DNA of 64,000 nucleotides from Phoronis australis (Eukaryota; Animalia; Phoronida), in contig NMRA01000402.1 of NCBI GenBank assembly GCA_002633005.1, positions 87,663-151,662 on the forward strand. The letters run 5' to 3'. Shown one piece after another: positions 12,189 to 27,100 of this stretch. A program made the translations under genes and the position numbers. The number at the start of each line of letters is the position of its first letter. The stretch's first letter is position 1. Under the pieces are notes generated by a model. That model was given only the letters and a program-made list of their open reading frames with translations, was not told where the DNA came from and did no database searches.

Positions 12189-15100
12189 GTATGTAGAGTC
12201 AGAGTGTTGTAAATACATCCATGAAGCCTTCCTAATATGAGGACACAATGCATATGAGACAATCCCGTCATGGTAAACTCCAAACTTGTTACTGAGTCGG
12301 AACAGTTTGTTGAGAACTTTGATGCAAGGTTTTTTATCTACCATAAGACTATTCTTGTAAATATTTCTGCACAATGCCTTGTAATTTCTCTTTTCAGTTA
12401 CCAATTTAAGAATGTGTTACTTTGTAGAGATTAAGCATGGTTATTGCTATAATTGCTATTGATTTATAGACACAGTGAGGCAGTTTACGTTGGTAACCAT
12501 AGGCAGATTACGGAAAGACCAGGTGGAGGGGAAAGGGCAAAACAAAAGAAAGGATTTTGTGAATTATCAGTCTGTTCCTATGAGCGTAGCAGACAGATGC
12601 AACTAACGCTGTGCCTCCTAGTGGCAATTTTAATTTGTTATGTTTGACTAGGGTATCTTTTGATTTTCTCGATGGAGTTTCATGAATTTTGACAAATCGT
12701 TTTCTATTAGAGTGATGACGAGTCTGTCCCATTTGTGACACTTTTTTCATATTCCGCATCGCCTAGTGACTACTAATAAAAAGCGCTAGAAGCATACCTT
12801 TTGTCAGCAACTTTTCAAAACATTGCTTAATTATAGTAGTTGTCATTTATAATTACTGCACTACTTTGGGGCTACTTCATCACTTATAAAAACTTGAGAG
12901 GATGAAATTTCACTCAGACAGATTTTCCGTGCCAAAACGTTGTTGAATTTTGGCTTGCCGAGTTTATATTGAAATTTTCTCTAGCTAATGAGAAATAAGG
13001 TCATAGTAAAACAGACTTAGAGAGGTATATGTCGCTTCCCTGTTTAAAGGGCTGGTTCCTCAATCGTAATTCTTGAGTGATACCTGAAAATTCATTAACC
13101 CCATGAACACATGGTTGGTTTGTCCTTATATTTTACAATGTCTGTAGACATGAACAAAATTAAGAACCTCCAATAAACCCCCTTCCTCATTTTCTGCTAT
13201 ATGATCCTGTGTATCTCTGACTTTACTGTTTATTTTTGTTTTACAGGCATTGGTGTCATTTTACTCGACAAGCACTGACAAATCTTCTATTCACCAGTGG
13301 CTCAATACCGTCCAGGTCTCACCTGCTGCCTGGGCCTTCAGCTGGCAGCTCCTTGACCCTCAGAAGGTCAGCGACGCACCAATGGTGGAAACTTTCAAAA
13401 TATCTCATTGTCAAAATTATAGGTCATGGATAAATTTTGAGATTTTAATAGTTTGCAATAGATTTTTTTCTGACTTGTTTCTTAATTTTCACCATTTTCT
13501 AGGTGAAAGAGGGCAATGTAAATGAATTCTATGAAAAGTTAAGAGCCTTGTAAAAAATGAAAGTAGACAAGCTGTGACCTGAAAATTCAGGAATTCTAAC
13601 CAAAAGTTTGGTCAAAATTGGGTTTGATGTTGGATTCTATTGGTATATTAAAATTTCTATCTAATAAGAGAGTTACCAAGGAACTTAGAAACCTATAGAT
13701 TTACCAAAATCTTAATCAAAACTGAATGCATTGTTTTGTTCTCAAGACTTTCATTGAAGGTAGTCAGGGGCAGTTTAGGCCTAATTTCTCTTAACAATAC
13801 AACACCCAGGTTTGCGGGAAGATGTGGGACTGGTGGAATATTCCCTAGCACAGAATACTTTGACCTGTAAATGGGCTGTGATCTGGGACCTTCCATACTC
13901 AAACTGATTACCTTGATTACTATAATGCTGCGTACTATTATTTACCCTTATATGGAATGTCTCTCGTGGCGTTTTTGCTCCACTTATAGTGGGCGTGAAT
14001 AGAACTCGAGGAATCAACTACAGTCACTGTCAATGAGTGTAATGTACAAGCTTTAGAATTGTGTGTCAATTTGACATTTGTTTACCACATCTACATTTGT
14101 TTGTTTGTCTAGTTCTGAGGATTTTTTTACTCCATAAGATTAGACAAGTGTGATATTCTATCCATGATTCTCATCTGGCAAAGTCTATTTCAGGATAAGC
14201 TATTTAATCCTCATGCATTATACACTTTGTGCCCACTGGTAAACCACAGTCAGAGAAACAATGACTCCTTTGTGATCCTTCTCCATTTTCACGGGGAAGT
14301 CTCTCAATGACGATTGTTTTCAAGACCAGTCCTCTTTTCCATTTTGTAGCCTGCTGAAGTTCAGTTCTTCGGTGCCAACTGTTTACATGCCAAAATTTCC
14401 AAATACTGGTGAGTGATAGATTTTTGTTTTAATTTCGGTTTTGACGACAGCCTTCAGTTGTTATTTATTGCTGCATATCATGATTGAGTTAAATTTCAGT
14501 GTGCAATAAACTCTTAAAGATTTGAGTTAGACAAGAATTCTAGAGGGTCAGATTTATTCAGATCACTTCACGTGTTCTCTGCTGGAAGTACAAGCTGTTT
14601 ACATTTAGAAATTTAAGACTGCTTACATGTCATTGACTGAAGAACATGTGAAACTGTACAATGAAGTGAATTTTTTTTCTGTTGCTCAATTTCCTTTATC
14701 AGCTACATGTCATGTCTTCCATTGTGCTTCATTTGAGGTTTAGTGTGACTTCTTAAAACTTTGTAATGAAGACAACTGAGGGCTGTGTAATATCCCCATT
14801 TAACGTGATGGTTTGGTGTATCAATAAACTGAAGACTAGAATTTAATCTCACGTGCAAAAAGGCAGAAAGTTTGCAAAATGTACTTCAAGCAAGCACTAT
14901 TTGACATACACCTGTGTCACCGTATCACACTTGGTTGTCAGATTCACTTGCACTGGCCAGTTTATCATCCGTCAGTGAGTGAACACAGTTTGAAGGTTAC
15001 CTGTCACACCTTTCAAATAGCTTACCTGCAACTGACTGTTTCAGAGATATGGTAACCGTGGTACAGGCAATGTTGTGCTTTGTATAGTAACATGTTCGTG

Positions 15101-18100
15101 TGTATTAAGATGCATCTGCCTGATTCTGTTTGAATTGTATTTTTCTAAGGAGTGAACTTCCAGTTGATCAATACGAGGTGCTCAAATCGAGGCTGCTCAA
15201 CAGTATAGCCAATGCATCTGTCAGTCCAAAGGTTGTAGTAACAAGATTATGCGTCACTGTGAGTATATGGCAGAGGTCAGCTTGATAGATTTTACCACTT
15301 TTTAAACAAAAATCTCATGTTTTATCACGAACGTGGCTTAGTTTGTGAATGAGATATATTTCCTCAACTTCTAGTACATTTCTGTATTAGTGTAACTCAG
15401 TGGTTACTTGCATAACATCAAAACATGATAACTATTCAAAACTGACTTGTTATGTTCAATACTACTAGAGATTATAAATTGCCATTTGCACTTTTACCAT
15501 TGATTATGAGGGTTCTGTTATTTCTGGCGCGAGTGATTATGAGGGTTCTTACTGTTATTTCTGGCGCGAGTGCTTCATATTGTTAGATGTTGGTTTTGCT
15601 GACTATGAAGCTTGAGAAACGCTTGCCAAAAATCAAAGCGCTTTCCGCAAGCGTGTTGTTCATAGCACAATTTCTCAAAGCATTTCGAAGTACTTTCCGT
15701 ATTGAGCACAAGGCAGGTGTCACTTCTCTCCTTGTATTTTTTGTTAGCATCAGGATTCAGTTATGATGAATTTGTAGACTGTGTGATGTGCCGCATTGAA
15801 GTTATGGTCATGCAGTCACTGTAATCAAAACTATCTGGCAGGGGATTAAATGTCATGCGTCAAATGTCGCTCAAGAATAGTTCAGCTCACTTTAAGTTGT
15901 TCTTTCTAGTAGTGTCTGTTTGGTTATTAAAGTGAGTTTGAAAATATTCATGGAGAGCGACTTTTGGATGTTTCCTAATTTTGTCTAATTATGGTGAAAA
16001 TCAAAGAGAGATTGAGAAACACTTTATATGAATAGAGCATTAATTTTGCTGAAAACTACCTTACTCAGATTTTTTTAAATTTGCATTTAGCAATCCAAAG
16101 TTTTGCTTTTTGAAACCTGTATGAAGACCAGTATCGTAGCTGTAGTTATCCTATCTTGCATATTTTTCCAGTTGTCAACCTTTGTGCTACAGACGATGCC
16201 AGAACACTGGCCCAACGCCGTCGCAGACATTGTGCGCTTGTTTCAGCATAATATTCCAAACCTCAGCGTAAGTGATTTGTAATTCATAAACATTTTTGAT
16301 TGTAATTGTTTTGTTTGCAAACTGTCAACTTTGTTGTCGTTAGCAACGAGCCTGTTGTATTTTTTCAGCAATGTGATAATGACCTCAGTGTCAAACATAT
16401 GTGGCAGGCACATTTTATGAAACCTTGTTGTGTAATAAACAGTTACTGTGATCAGAGGTCTGTCTTAAGAAGTGACATAAGACTTAAGACGGAAATTTGA
16501 TCTTCCTCAGCTCCACTTCACAATTGCCAAATAAGGAACTGGTTTAGTCAATGATTTTAAGCTCATCACTGATTAAGTACTTGTGGATTAATGGGTCTGC
16601 GCTTCTTTTATTCAGAGCCAGTTTTGTGATTTTTCAGCAAACAGAAAGGTGCCGGTTACTATTAGTTATCTTGACAGTCTTACCAGAAGAGGTAAGGTAG
16701 ACATCTAGATGAGGATGCCTTCAGCAAATAAATGTGCTTCCGTGTATTTTGAAAAATTCATTAAATTCACCCAGGTTTAATTTGTTTTCAATTTCTAACT
16801 GACGGTCACCTGATGTAAAAGCCTAATTCTGATGTATGTTGTTTGGCATGAAATTATGTTTTCTGGTTTCGTAAGTATTAGCAGCAGTATGCATTGAAAA
16901 GTTTATGTTACCCAAATGCTGAACAATGTTTAACTTATTATAATAACAGATTGCAGAATACGAACACTAAGCTTGTGGATACAAAATGTTGTGTAACAGA
17001 GCACACATGTTATCATTTTGATTTAATGGATAGTTAACGCAAAACACTATCTGAGTGAATGTTAACTTGAGCAGTAGCATCTGATTTACATGTTGTTATT
17101 TACTGAATACTGGATGCGTTCCTGTGTCCACTGCCTCCAACATGTAGCTGTAGCAGGAGTAGCAGTAGTAGTAGGAGTAGCAGTAGCAGCAGCACAGCAG
17201 CAGCAGCACAGCAGCAGCAGCACAGCAGCAGCATAGCAGCAGCACAGCAGCAGCACAGCAGCAGCACAGCAGCAGCAAAGCAGCAGCACAGCAGAAGCAC
17301 AGCAGAAGCACAGCAGCAGCAGCATCACAGCAGCAGTATAGCAGCAGCACAGCAGCAGCAGCACAGTAGCAGCAGCACAACAGAAGCACAGCAGCAGCAG
17401 CAGCACAGTAGCAGCAGCACAACAGAAGCACAGCAGCAACGGCAGCACAGCAGCAGCAGCCGCACAGCAGCAGCAGCAGCAGCACCACAGCTGCAGTAGT
17501 AACAGCAGTACTACTAACTACTACTAAATAATAATAAAGGATGGCAGACGAGTTTGAAGACATTAATGCTATCGCAGTCTTTTGGTCATTTCCTTGTAGT
17601 TTCAAACATGCCACATCACCAAGCACCGGCGGGGTTGTCTCCGACAGGAACTACACCAGAGTGAAGACACAAGTAAGTGGACTGCTTGAAGACTCCGGAA
17701 TCTTATCTCCAAACTGATACTTTCATTCCAATTTTTAACATTTTCTGCTCTATTTTTGTACAAGCTCCAGATAAGTGACTGTTCATTAATTTGTGTTCCA
17801 GGTGCATCCATGTAGATCGGTTTATATGCCATGTTAATATTTTTGCGCTTGTTTGACTTCTGAATTTGAGCTAAAATTTTGAATTCAATGATTGACATTG
17901 AACACTTTCCATTTTAAAAAGGGAATTTCCACTTATTCCATTTTTGTGCCTGAAAAGTTGCAGATTTTTTCTGCGCCTGGATTTCCATCATTTTGGCTTA
18001 AAAATTGATATATTCCATTGCATTTCAGCCCTCTGTTGTATCATGTGCAGAAATTTCTGCGCTGGAATTCTGCTGCTCAGAAATTTCTGCGCAGCAAAAG

Positions 18101-21100
18101 TCCAACACAGAAATTTCTGCACAGAATTCCAGCGCACACTTTTTTGCGCAAAATTCCAGTGCAGGAATTTTACTGCGCATAGGGCTGAAAAGCAATGGAA
18201 TATATCAATTTTTAAGCCAAAATGATGGAAATCCAGGCACAGAAAAAAATCTGCAACTTTTCAGGCACAAAAAGGGAATGAGTGGAAAAAATGGAAAGTG
18301 TTAATTTGAAAGTTTAGACTCAAACAAATTCGTTAAATATTGTGGTCATCTAGCACTATCATGGCTCTACCATAAGTTAATTTCACTGGCAGGAAAGTCC
18401 TCTTACCCCTCATGTGTCCTCCGAGGTAACCGAAAGGGGGCAGGTAAAAACACCAGTAGCTTTTGAGTGAATCAAAGTGCCAGCGAAGCACTTCCAAAAC
18501 TGACACGTGTAACTGTTTACAAGACTGACATGTTCATTCCAAGTGAAAGTACTGGCGAACACGTTAGCGTTTTTTAGCCCTTTTGTGAACAGGGTGTCTG
18601 AAGCAGTTGGTGAACTCCACCTAGTGGCTTGTGTAAAGATTACAATGTCATGGGTCTCCCTTTATTTAAAAACTTCTACGCTTGTCTCCAGTGTGATATT
18701 TTGTTTGTAAGATGGTGTTGTATGGTACTTCAAGGAGAAGGCAAACGATTGATATGTTTCCTAATTAATCCTTTGTTATCTTAAAGAGACATTTTTCAGC
18801 AATTATCGTTAACTTGGCTGCTGTTAACGATACATACAACTGTACGTAGAAAGGTGATGTAAACGGCCAGCAAATGATCGTGTGCCCTGTTCATTCAAGC
18901 ACAATGATCTATGTAGTCAGACTGTGTTCAATAGCGAGTGAGTTAATTTACTCATTGTACTTAACCTAAAGGAATATTTGTGTGGCGACCTCTTTGCACA
19001 AAAGGTAATGTCAAAAGTGTTTGCTATTTCCTTTTAATTATTTATTGATTGACCATAAAATTGTTTTAACAGTGATTCCTCTGCTAGTATCGCTGTTCAA
19101 CAAGGAGTGTCCGGCGGAGATCACAGAACAAGCCCTCGTATGTATGGCCAGCTGGGTCAAGTTTGGCATGGGTCTGATCAACGTCGACAAGCTGTTCCCG
19201 TCGGTTGTCCAGGCTGTGAAAAATGACCAGTTGTTTGACAAGGCCTGCGAAGTTTTAACCGAGATGTTTCAACACCCAGAGGCCAACAAGTGAGAGAAAC
19301 GTGTTGCTTGTACTGTTAGACAAATTTCTTTAACAAAAACACAGTTACTGTAATGTTGAACATTGAAGACATTGTTTTCATTATCCTCTTGTTGCAGTCG
19401 CATTTTGGTTGAAATAGTTTATAGCAGGCTGATGATAAATGGAAAACTTCATCTTTTGATCATTTATCATGATCATTATTAGTAATAAGAATTCTTACAA
19501 ATTATCACCATGGATGACAAATATTATAGTGGTGTCAACCATGAAATTGAATTTGCAATCTCATCAGTCATTTGTAGCATGTCATACTATTCAAAGTTTC
19601 AAGTAGGTTAAATTTGGCGATTAGATGCATTTAGGCAAAATTTGAATACGGTACATCAAAGCCTGTCTCTTTAATTTACAAATTATTTGAGGTGTAGAGT
19701 TACTGTATAACATGATAGATATTCTCACCACAATAGAAATTACAAACTCGGCAAAAAAATTTCATCTAGCACATATGACCACGGAGATCCCCTTCAGTAG
19801 TGAACACACAATCTCTACAATGAAGATAATTTTATCTGTGTTTCAATCGGGTACACTAAATTGGCATTTCTAGAGACTTGTTTCTTTTTGTTCTTTTAAA
19901 TGTTTATGTTAATGTTGCTTAAAACTTCAAGTTGGTAGTTTGACTAAAAAAAATTTGGTCGATCTTAGGTGCACCGGACAACATTTGCCAGTTCTTCGGC
20001 TCTGTATCTCGTTTTGTTTTTGCCTGTTGCCAACTGTGTCATTTGTGGGGCCAGGATATCTGTGAGACCATATTTACTGTTGGGCAACCTTGGAATTTTG
20101 CCAGGCTGCATTTGGGCTGCTTGGGCCCTGGTTGAGGTTATCCTTGTTAGAGATATGTCATAATCAACTGATTAGTAAGCTGTTTTGTTTTGTCAAGGTA
20201 TCCCAACACTATGAAGAAACTGATAGCTGGTATTCTGCAACTAGAATCTCTCTTGGATCGGTATTGTCAACAGCAAGACATGGTGAGTGATTGGACTTTG
20301 CAGTGTAATGTTCATATTCCAAAAGTAATAATTGTTAACACATGATCAATTTTGTTAGCACAATAAACAGGTAATTCTATTTGTATTGCCATCAAGATTC
20401 TCTACTTTTGAGGGAGTCAATCTGATTAATAAATAATTGTTTCCAAGGTATTTACTTCTGAACCCATCGACCCTTGTTACATTGTATTTGGTGTTCGTTT
20501 TTGTCCAAATTAGAAATGGGAAATTGAAAACAAAAATTAAATAAGATATTCCGTTCTATTCTGTTTGGCAATTGTACCTGAACATGATATTTGCCTAATA
20601 ATGAAATGTCACCCTCTAGAGTTGGTTTTGTTTTCTACTTCCTGTTTCTTGCCTTTTCCTCTTGTGTATCATCTATTCCGCCGCTGAAAATAGCGTGATT
20701 TTACATTTAAGTTTTAGATGATCGTATTTTTATTCATCTCCATTAACTAAATTAATGTAAATAGTATTTTAATTTTTGCAGATTAAGTAAAAATGAGATA
20801 TTTGTGTAATATTGCACTGAAATTTGAACAAAAATGGCGTCAAAAATTGTCATGTTTCATTTTGCAAATAATGCTTGCTGTATTGCCAGCATTGTTCTAT
20901 ATTCTATTGTTATTGGTGATGACAGACGTACTACATAGAGTTTTCAAGTGATCAAATAAAATGTCTTCTTGTTCACTCTTGTTTGAAAATTTGATACAAT
21001 AAAATTTTACTACTCAGCCATCTTGTTTTTTAATTTGAGGAAACTGCCATATTGCTCACCTCACAATACCATAATCTTTTCATTTGGTCTCAGATGCCAT

Positions 21101-24100
21101 TCTGCCCAGCACCACCCTGTCTGCACGTGGACTTCAAGGCAGTACTTGAGAACAAAGACTCCTTCTTGATTACACAAAAGTGTTTTCATTCTGATGAGTT
21201 GGTTTAATGCATCGTTGTCTGATATTTTTTCCAGGACTCGATTCATAGTTTATGCCAAGCGGTGGCAGCAGCGGCTGAGAATAACACACGCGTACTGCGC
21301 GACTGTCTGATATCATCGACTCCTCAGGACAAGGACCTGGTGTATAAAGTCATTGCATTGTGTCTGGTAGGTGCTGACACCTGGTTGTTGTTCGAGGAGT
21401 CATCATATGCCACCGGTTTGCAGTAATTGCAATTTGATTTTTTGGACTTGTCAGTATCGGTGACATTTTTTGAGTGAAGCCAAAAAAGAATTGTTGGTGC
21501 TGATCTGTGCTTGTTTTGAATACTGACGGGTTTGTGCAATACTGTTATAGTTACTTTTTCAAGATACGAAATTTCACCCAGTGTCAGCTAAAGTGACATG
21601 GGTTTTTTCTCAGCTCACACTAGCTTTAGCTTTCTGACTGTCTGCACTGGTTTCAACTTAGATACCAGGATGAGGAGATGTATGCAGATTATCTTGAGGC
21701 AGTAGCTATAATCATTCTATTTTTTGTCAGTTAAGGTCATTATTAAGCAGATGATTGTGCATGAGTTGACAAGTAATTAAAAATAGATGTTGGCGTCCTC
21801 TTGTTGTTTTTTAAGCAGTGAGGTTTAGGATTCGAAATGTGCTGACTCAGCCAAGACAAACCTTAAATTTTAGCAAATTTTAGGATAAACTTAAATTTGT
21901 CTCAAGACCATTTAAAGAAAGATATCTTACTTTAATTCTAACTTAAGTTTTTGATACAAGATTTGTCATAACTTTGCTATCTTGCCGTATGCGGAAGTTT
22001 CAAAGTTTGGAAATTAAGACAAATCTTAGACTTAAGTCAAAAACCTTAAGTCAGTTTCATGGAACAGTTCCCAGAATATGCTTTTTGACCTTACCTGACT
22101 CTTCCTTATCAACACTGCCTTCAATTTCAACCTGCTCAGGATTTATTCAATTCAACTCGGTGATTTTGTTAATCGTAGTATAGCTTACAAGCTTACAAAG
22201 TGAATATTATGACCACTTTCATTGTTTTTGGCAAGTTTGATGGCAATGACAATTTTTACTGTTGCAGAAGTGCACAGGTTTACCAGGGACTTACCCAATA
22301 CACGAGAGTGCCAGTAACCAGCTATTTACGTTCTGGTATTCATTTCAGGTGAGCTGAAATTTAAGTCATCCTTGTAATTCTGTGTAATTAAAATAACATT
22401 TCTGTTGTAATTTATCTGATCAGTTGATAATTGATTTCTTTCAGTTCCACACTCAACCTAAGTGTTACACTCACCCTAAGTGTTTGCCCTTACTCAAGGC
22501 CTTCTTGTCCACTTTTCTTGCCTCTTAAGTTGCTATAAGCATGCCTCCTGAAATAAATAAGATCACTTGTCATAATGTTTTAGAACCAGTCCCATCTTGT
22601 CCCGTACTCAGACACTAGATGTTTCCTGAACCGGCAGTTCATTATTGCTACATATTTTGACTTGTCGTGGTGGGTCATTTTATGCACTGAGTGTGGTGTT
22701 GAGCAACAACAAATTGCCAGTTTTATGGCCTTAGGTGGTCTTATCTAAAGTTAGTTATAATTTTTGTAATTTTTATAATTTTTATAATTTATGTAAAGCA
22801 TCGCTGAGTTCAAGTAACTTAATAATTATGTTCTGTGGTTTTTAAAATGATTGAGAACCTTTCTGCTGCAATATTTTAATGGAATCAAAGAAGTTGGTGT
22901 CAACTAATTTTCAATTTTCTGTGGTCATAGTTTTGATGAAGCTCGAGGTAAGTTTGACAGAATTCATCGACTACTCATAACTGTACCACCACCATGGTGT
23001 TCCTTGGTGAGGCATGAGTATGAGGTGCAAACAAAGCCAGGACTCAGTTACCTCAAAACTTTACTTCAGACTTGACTTGAAAATTGACAACTTTCATGCC
23101 ATGCTTCAAACCAGTTCCTGGCGATAGGTCAAGTCTAATAAAGTTTGGTGGTCATCGGCCATGGTGATTTCAGTTTATACTTGACAGTTACTAAGCTTCT
23201 CAATATAGCCACAGGTTTCACATTGTAATGTGAAATGTACCTAACACACATGTGAACATGTTTTGCCTTCAAACAGTTTAATTAACTTTGATTCTGAAGC
23301 TACTTTACCATTGGTAGCCAAAACTTGATAATTATTTTGTAACTTTCAATTCAGAACAGATTTCTTGCTCTTCTAGGATGACATAATGTCCAGCACCGAA
23401 GCCTTGATTTCTCAGTATAAAAAGTTCGTCTGTCCAGTCTACATCCAGTTAATCGAGATACTGATCGCCAAAGTGCAATATCCTGATGAGACCGTGTATG
23501 CTGACATGTCAGACGGTAGATAATTTATCAGTCATTTGTGCTCGTGCAGTTCTTGTACAAAAATCTTGTCATGCTTTAGGTATTTAGCATGCTCTGCAAG
23601 TTGCAATACATGTAGTTTTGAATTAATTGATGAATCATTTGTTTCCATTTTCATTGAAAATCTGCAGACTTCCATGTTAAAATTTTCTGCTAATGAAATA
23701 ATTTGTTTTTTCCTCTCTATGTTTTTGCCATAATACGATGTAGCCAGGCAAATATACATCTAAGTGCCATCTAAATGTTTCATATTAGAAGTCAAGTCAA
23801 ATTCGATACGCTGTGTTGCTTGGTTGGCAGCATTATACAGTTTTCAGGTTGTGCTATCCCAAGTCAAGTCGACACATTGTGTCGCTTGGTTGGCAGTATA
23901 ATACAGGTTCCAGAATGTTCCATACCAAGTCAATGACAAAGTTCGTTTTCTAGTCCTGAACAAAAGAATCCAAGTATTCCTACTTCGTGAGTTGTGTCAT
24001 TGGGATCGCAGCCATTTTGTCCGATTCAGTGTGGATGAACAGTGCTGAACCCAGACCTGTGAAATATTTGTGTTGGCAAATCTTGCGTATAATTTTTTAT

Positions 24101-27100
24101 TTGCTGATAATTTGTTATCACTCTTTCCTGTTGAATTTATTAAAGATCTAATTTCTATTTCCTTGTATTGCTGTTGGCTATCGAATATATGACATTCTCC
24201 CTTTTAGGCTTAATCCTAACAACCGATGATTCATAACACACTTAATGTATCTCATTAATATGAAGATCTGGTATACGATGGTTATCGGAGCATTGAAACA
24301 ACCTACATCCCACACACTGTATTACTAATAGACCCTGAAATGGCCAGAAGATAATGAACCTTCATTTGTTCACTCAGCCAGCTCAAACAAAAGTCTGGTT
24401 TTGAATAGTTGGCTCCAGCTTTTCTACCTACTAGACAAAAGCGAACTATTCTGGGCTAGTTTCATTGGGTTTGGAAAGCAGATTAGGTTCTTTGATCATG
24501 AAATTTCATAGAAAGCTTTTCTATGATCATCTTAGAATCATTATGGTTCTTGCCAAGGTCTCGAACGTTTGACCATACTCGCACTCTTCAAGCTGAATTA
24601 GTTTGTGACTGATGTGTAGCATGGTGTTATGTAGAGTTCATTTTTGCTAAAATAAAAATTTTGAATTTTCTTTTGCAGATGAGAAAGAATTATTTCGATG
24701 TTACAGACAAGACATTAGCGATACTCTGGTAAGTTCAAACTGCAGGAATTTGACATTTGGATGTTTCATATGATTTCATTTATTTGTGTCGACAAAGGGG
24801 TTACTTGATAGCTAGACTTTTTGTAAAAGTAAAATGACGAACGTCGGTACCAAAATATATTAAACTATTCCCCACGTTTCGAATGGTACGCTCTTTATGA
24901 AGGGCAGACTTTTTGTAGTTTTCACTAACTGAGCATCTTCAAATTTGATGAAGTTTCAACCCTCAAAACCACGACTAAATATCCCAATCTTTTTACACTT
25001 ACCAATTTCAATAATGGGACAAAATCTCAGCCAAACCTGACCAGGTGTCGCTCCATGCACTTTGTCCAAAGAACCAGTAACAACTTTCCTTGCAAGTCCA
25101 AACATTGCTGGCTAGGCGCAATAGCATCTCATTAAATTTTGATTGAATGGGTTGTTGCGTCGGCTTTGCTATGGTAAGCTTCATGGGTCATATTTAAATT
25201 GGAGTGATCCTTTCAGAATGGTCTTTAATTTGTATTTGATTACTTAAATACTTCATTCTTGATTCTTTAATTATAGTAAAACTTATTTCTCTTTGTTACC
25301 ATTGATAAAAGGCATTAAGCACTTGCATCTAATTACGAAGGTATGCCTAGTTGTATAACTTAGACCTATACACCATATGCAGGACATCTGAGTAGAATGA
25401 CTACAAGTTAACCAAGTGTTAGATGAGTTTATTGACAATGGCTTTCTTAAAACTAAAGCTATCAGACTAGTATGCATTTTTAGAATGTATCCGTTACCTT
25501 AATTTCATCCGGTGTCAAAGACACCACATGCTGTGTATTCTTATAAGCAATCAAAGTGCGCCTATAATCAGAGTACATTTAAGTAGAAACATCTTGTTGT
25601 TCTGCATTCAGGCCCATGCACTCATTTGCAGGGTTTTATTGTGTAATGATCAAAATGTAAAAAAAATCACAAAGAGTCTTAAATTTCAAAGTTCCATTCT
25701 TTTTTAAATTAGCCATTCAAAAACCAAGATCAATACTAAGCCATTTTACGCAATCATGACAGTAAATTATTTCTGTTGCCAAGAAACAAATCGTGAGGAA
25801 ATTGTGAATAATGACTTCATACTATCAAGGTTGGCCAGTGTGTACAAAAATCACTTGAATCATGGCGAGGAAATCACGTCCAGGTTGACAGGCTTACTTT
25901 CAGTGGATTTTAGAAATGTAGTGCTAAGTTTGTTAAGATGGTAACTAAATGCGTGGTGAACCTGTCTTGTAGAAAACTTTCGCACCAAGCTCGGCACTCT
26001 GATTTAGCTCCCCTTCCGCCATTATTTCAGATGAACTGCTACGGCATCCTGAGTGACCAAGTTCTTGTTCAACTCTGTAACTCACTGAGTGAAGCGGTGA
26101 ACTCTTCAGGCACCACCAGGTGGCAGGCAAGTAAACACTGAATGTTCGTCTGATGCACCCACATCTTTATAATTATGTGGACGCATTATGCTGTTATCTC
26201 TGTCCGTCCGTCCGGGCAGCGTCTGTGCGGCATCCGTCCGGCGTCCATCTGTCGTCTGTCCGGCGTCCCGTTTGACGCATATTCATGAAATTTTGGACAT
26301 GTGTTCCTTTCATGGATGGGATAGCATGAGTGAACTTTCATAAAATTTAACATGTAGGCATCTATTAGTGAGTTGACGCTATCCACTCATTTTTGGATAG
26401 ATTCAACGTAATTTGCGCCACCTATTGGTCATTTTTACTGTTTTCGAGTCTGTTTTTAGGTGTCCATCCCTCTATCAACCAAACCGCTCTAAGGATCATT
26501 GTGGAAATTGGCATTATTATGTTTTCACTCTGAAGAGGATGGCTGACAATGATTTTCTGACGATTTCAACAACTGTGGCGCCGCCTAGTGGCAGTTTTGT
26601 TTTTTTGCGCCTATGACTGTATCTCCTAAACCGTCTGCAGGATCTTTAGTAAATTTTGTAAGTGCATTCATTTAATGTTGACAAAGGACGATGACGACTT
26701 TCGGACAGATTTGACTACTGGTGTGCTCCCTAGTGGCAATTTCATTTTTTTTACGTTAACCTATGTATCTTCAATGGTCCTCAGCGTATTTTCAAAAAAT
26801 TTTATGTACAGGCTTCTGTTAGTGTGATGACGCTATCTTTCCGTTTTCAGATGGATTCAACTTAGTTTGCACCACCTAGTGGCCATTTTTACCATTTTGG
26901 AGTCTGCTTTGTGGCGTCCACCCCTCTATCAACCAAATCGCTTTCAGGATAATTGCGAAAATTGGCATGTATATTTTTTACTGTGAAGTGTACGGCTGAC
27001 GATGATTTTCCGATAACTTCAGCTACTCTGGCACCTCCTAGTGGCAGTTTTTTTGCGTCCATGGCTGTATCTCTTGGACTTTACTAAATTTAACACGTGT

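Noticed and set aside
15501-15572. 33-37-bp tandem doublet (a similar ~70-bp doublet lies at 23790-23930)
   Set aside because: These are ordinary local slippage duplications in introns with no sign of function.
17086-17626. Poly-Cys/Ala/Leu ORFs (120, 176 and 66 aa)
   Set aside because: These are translations of the CAG-rich microsatellite antisense to an IPO13 intron.
17944-18304. Overlapping ORFs with repeated RNFCA / EISA motifs
   Set aside because: They are products of the foldback MITE's internal subrepeats.
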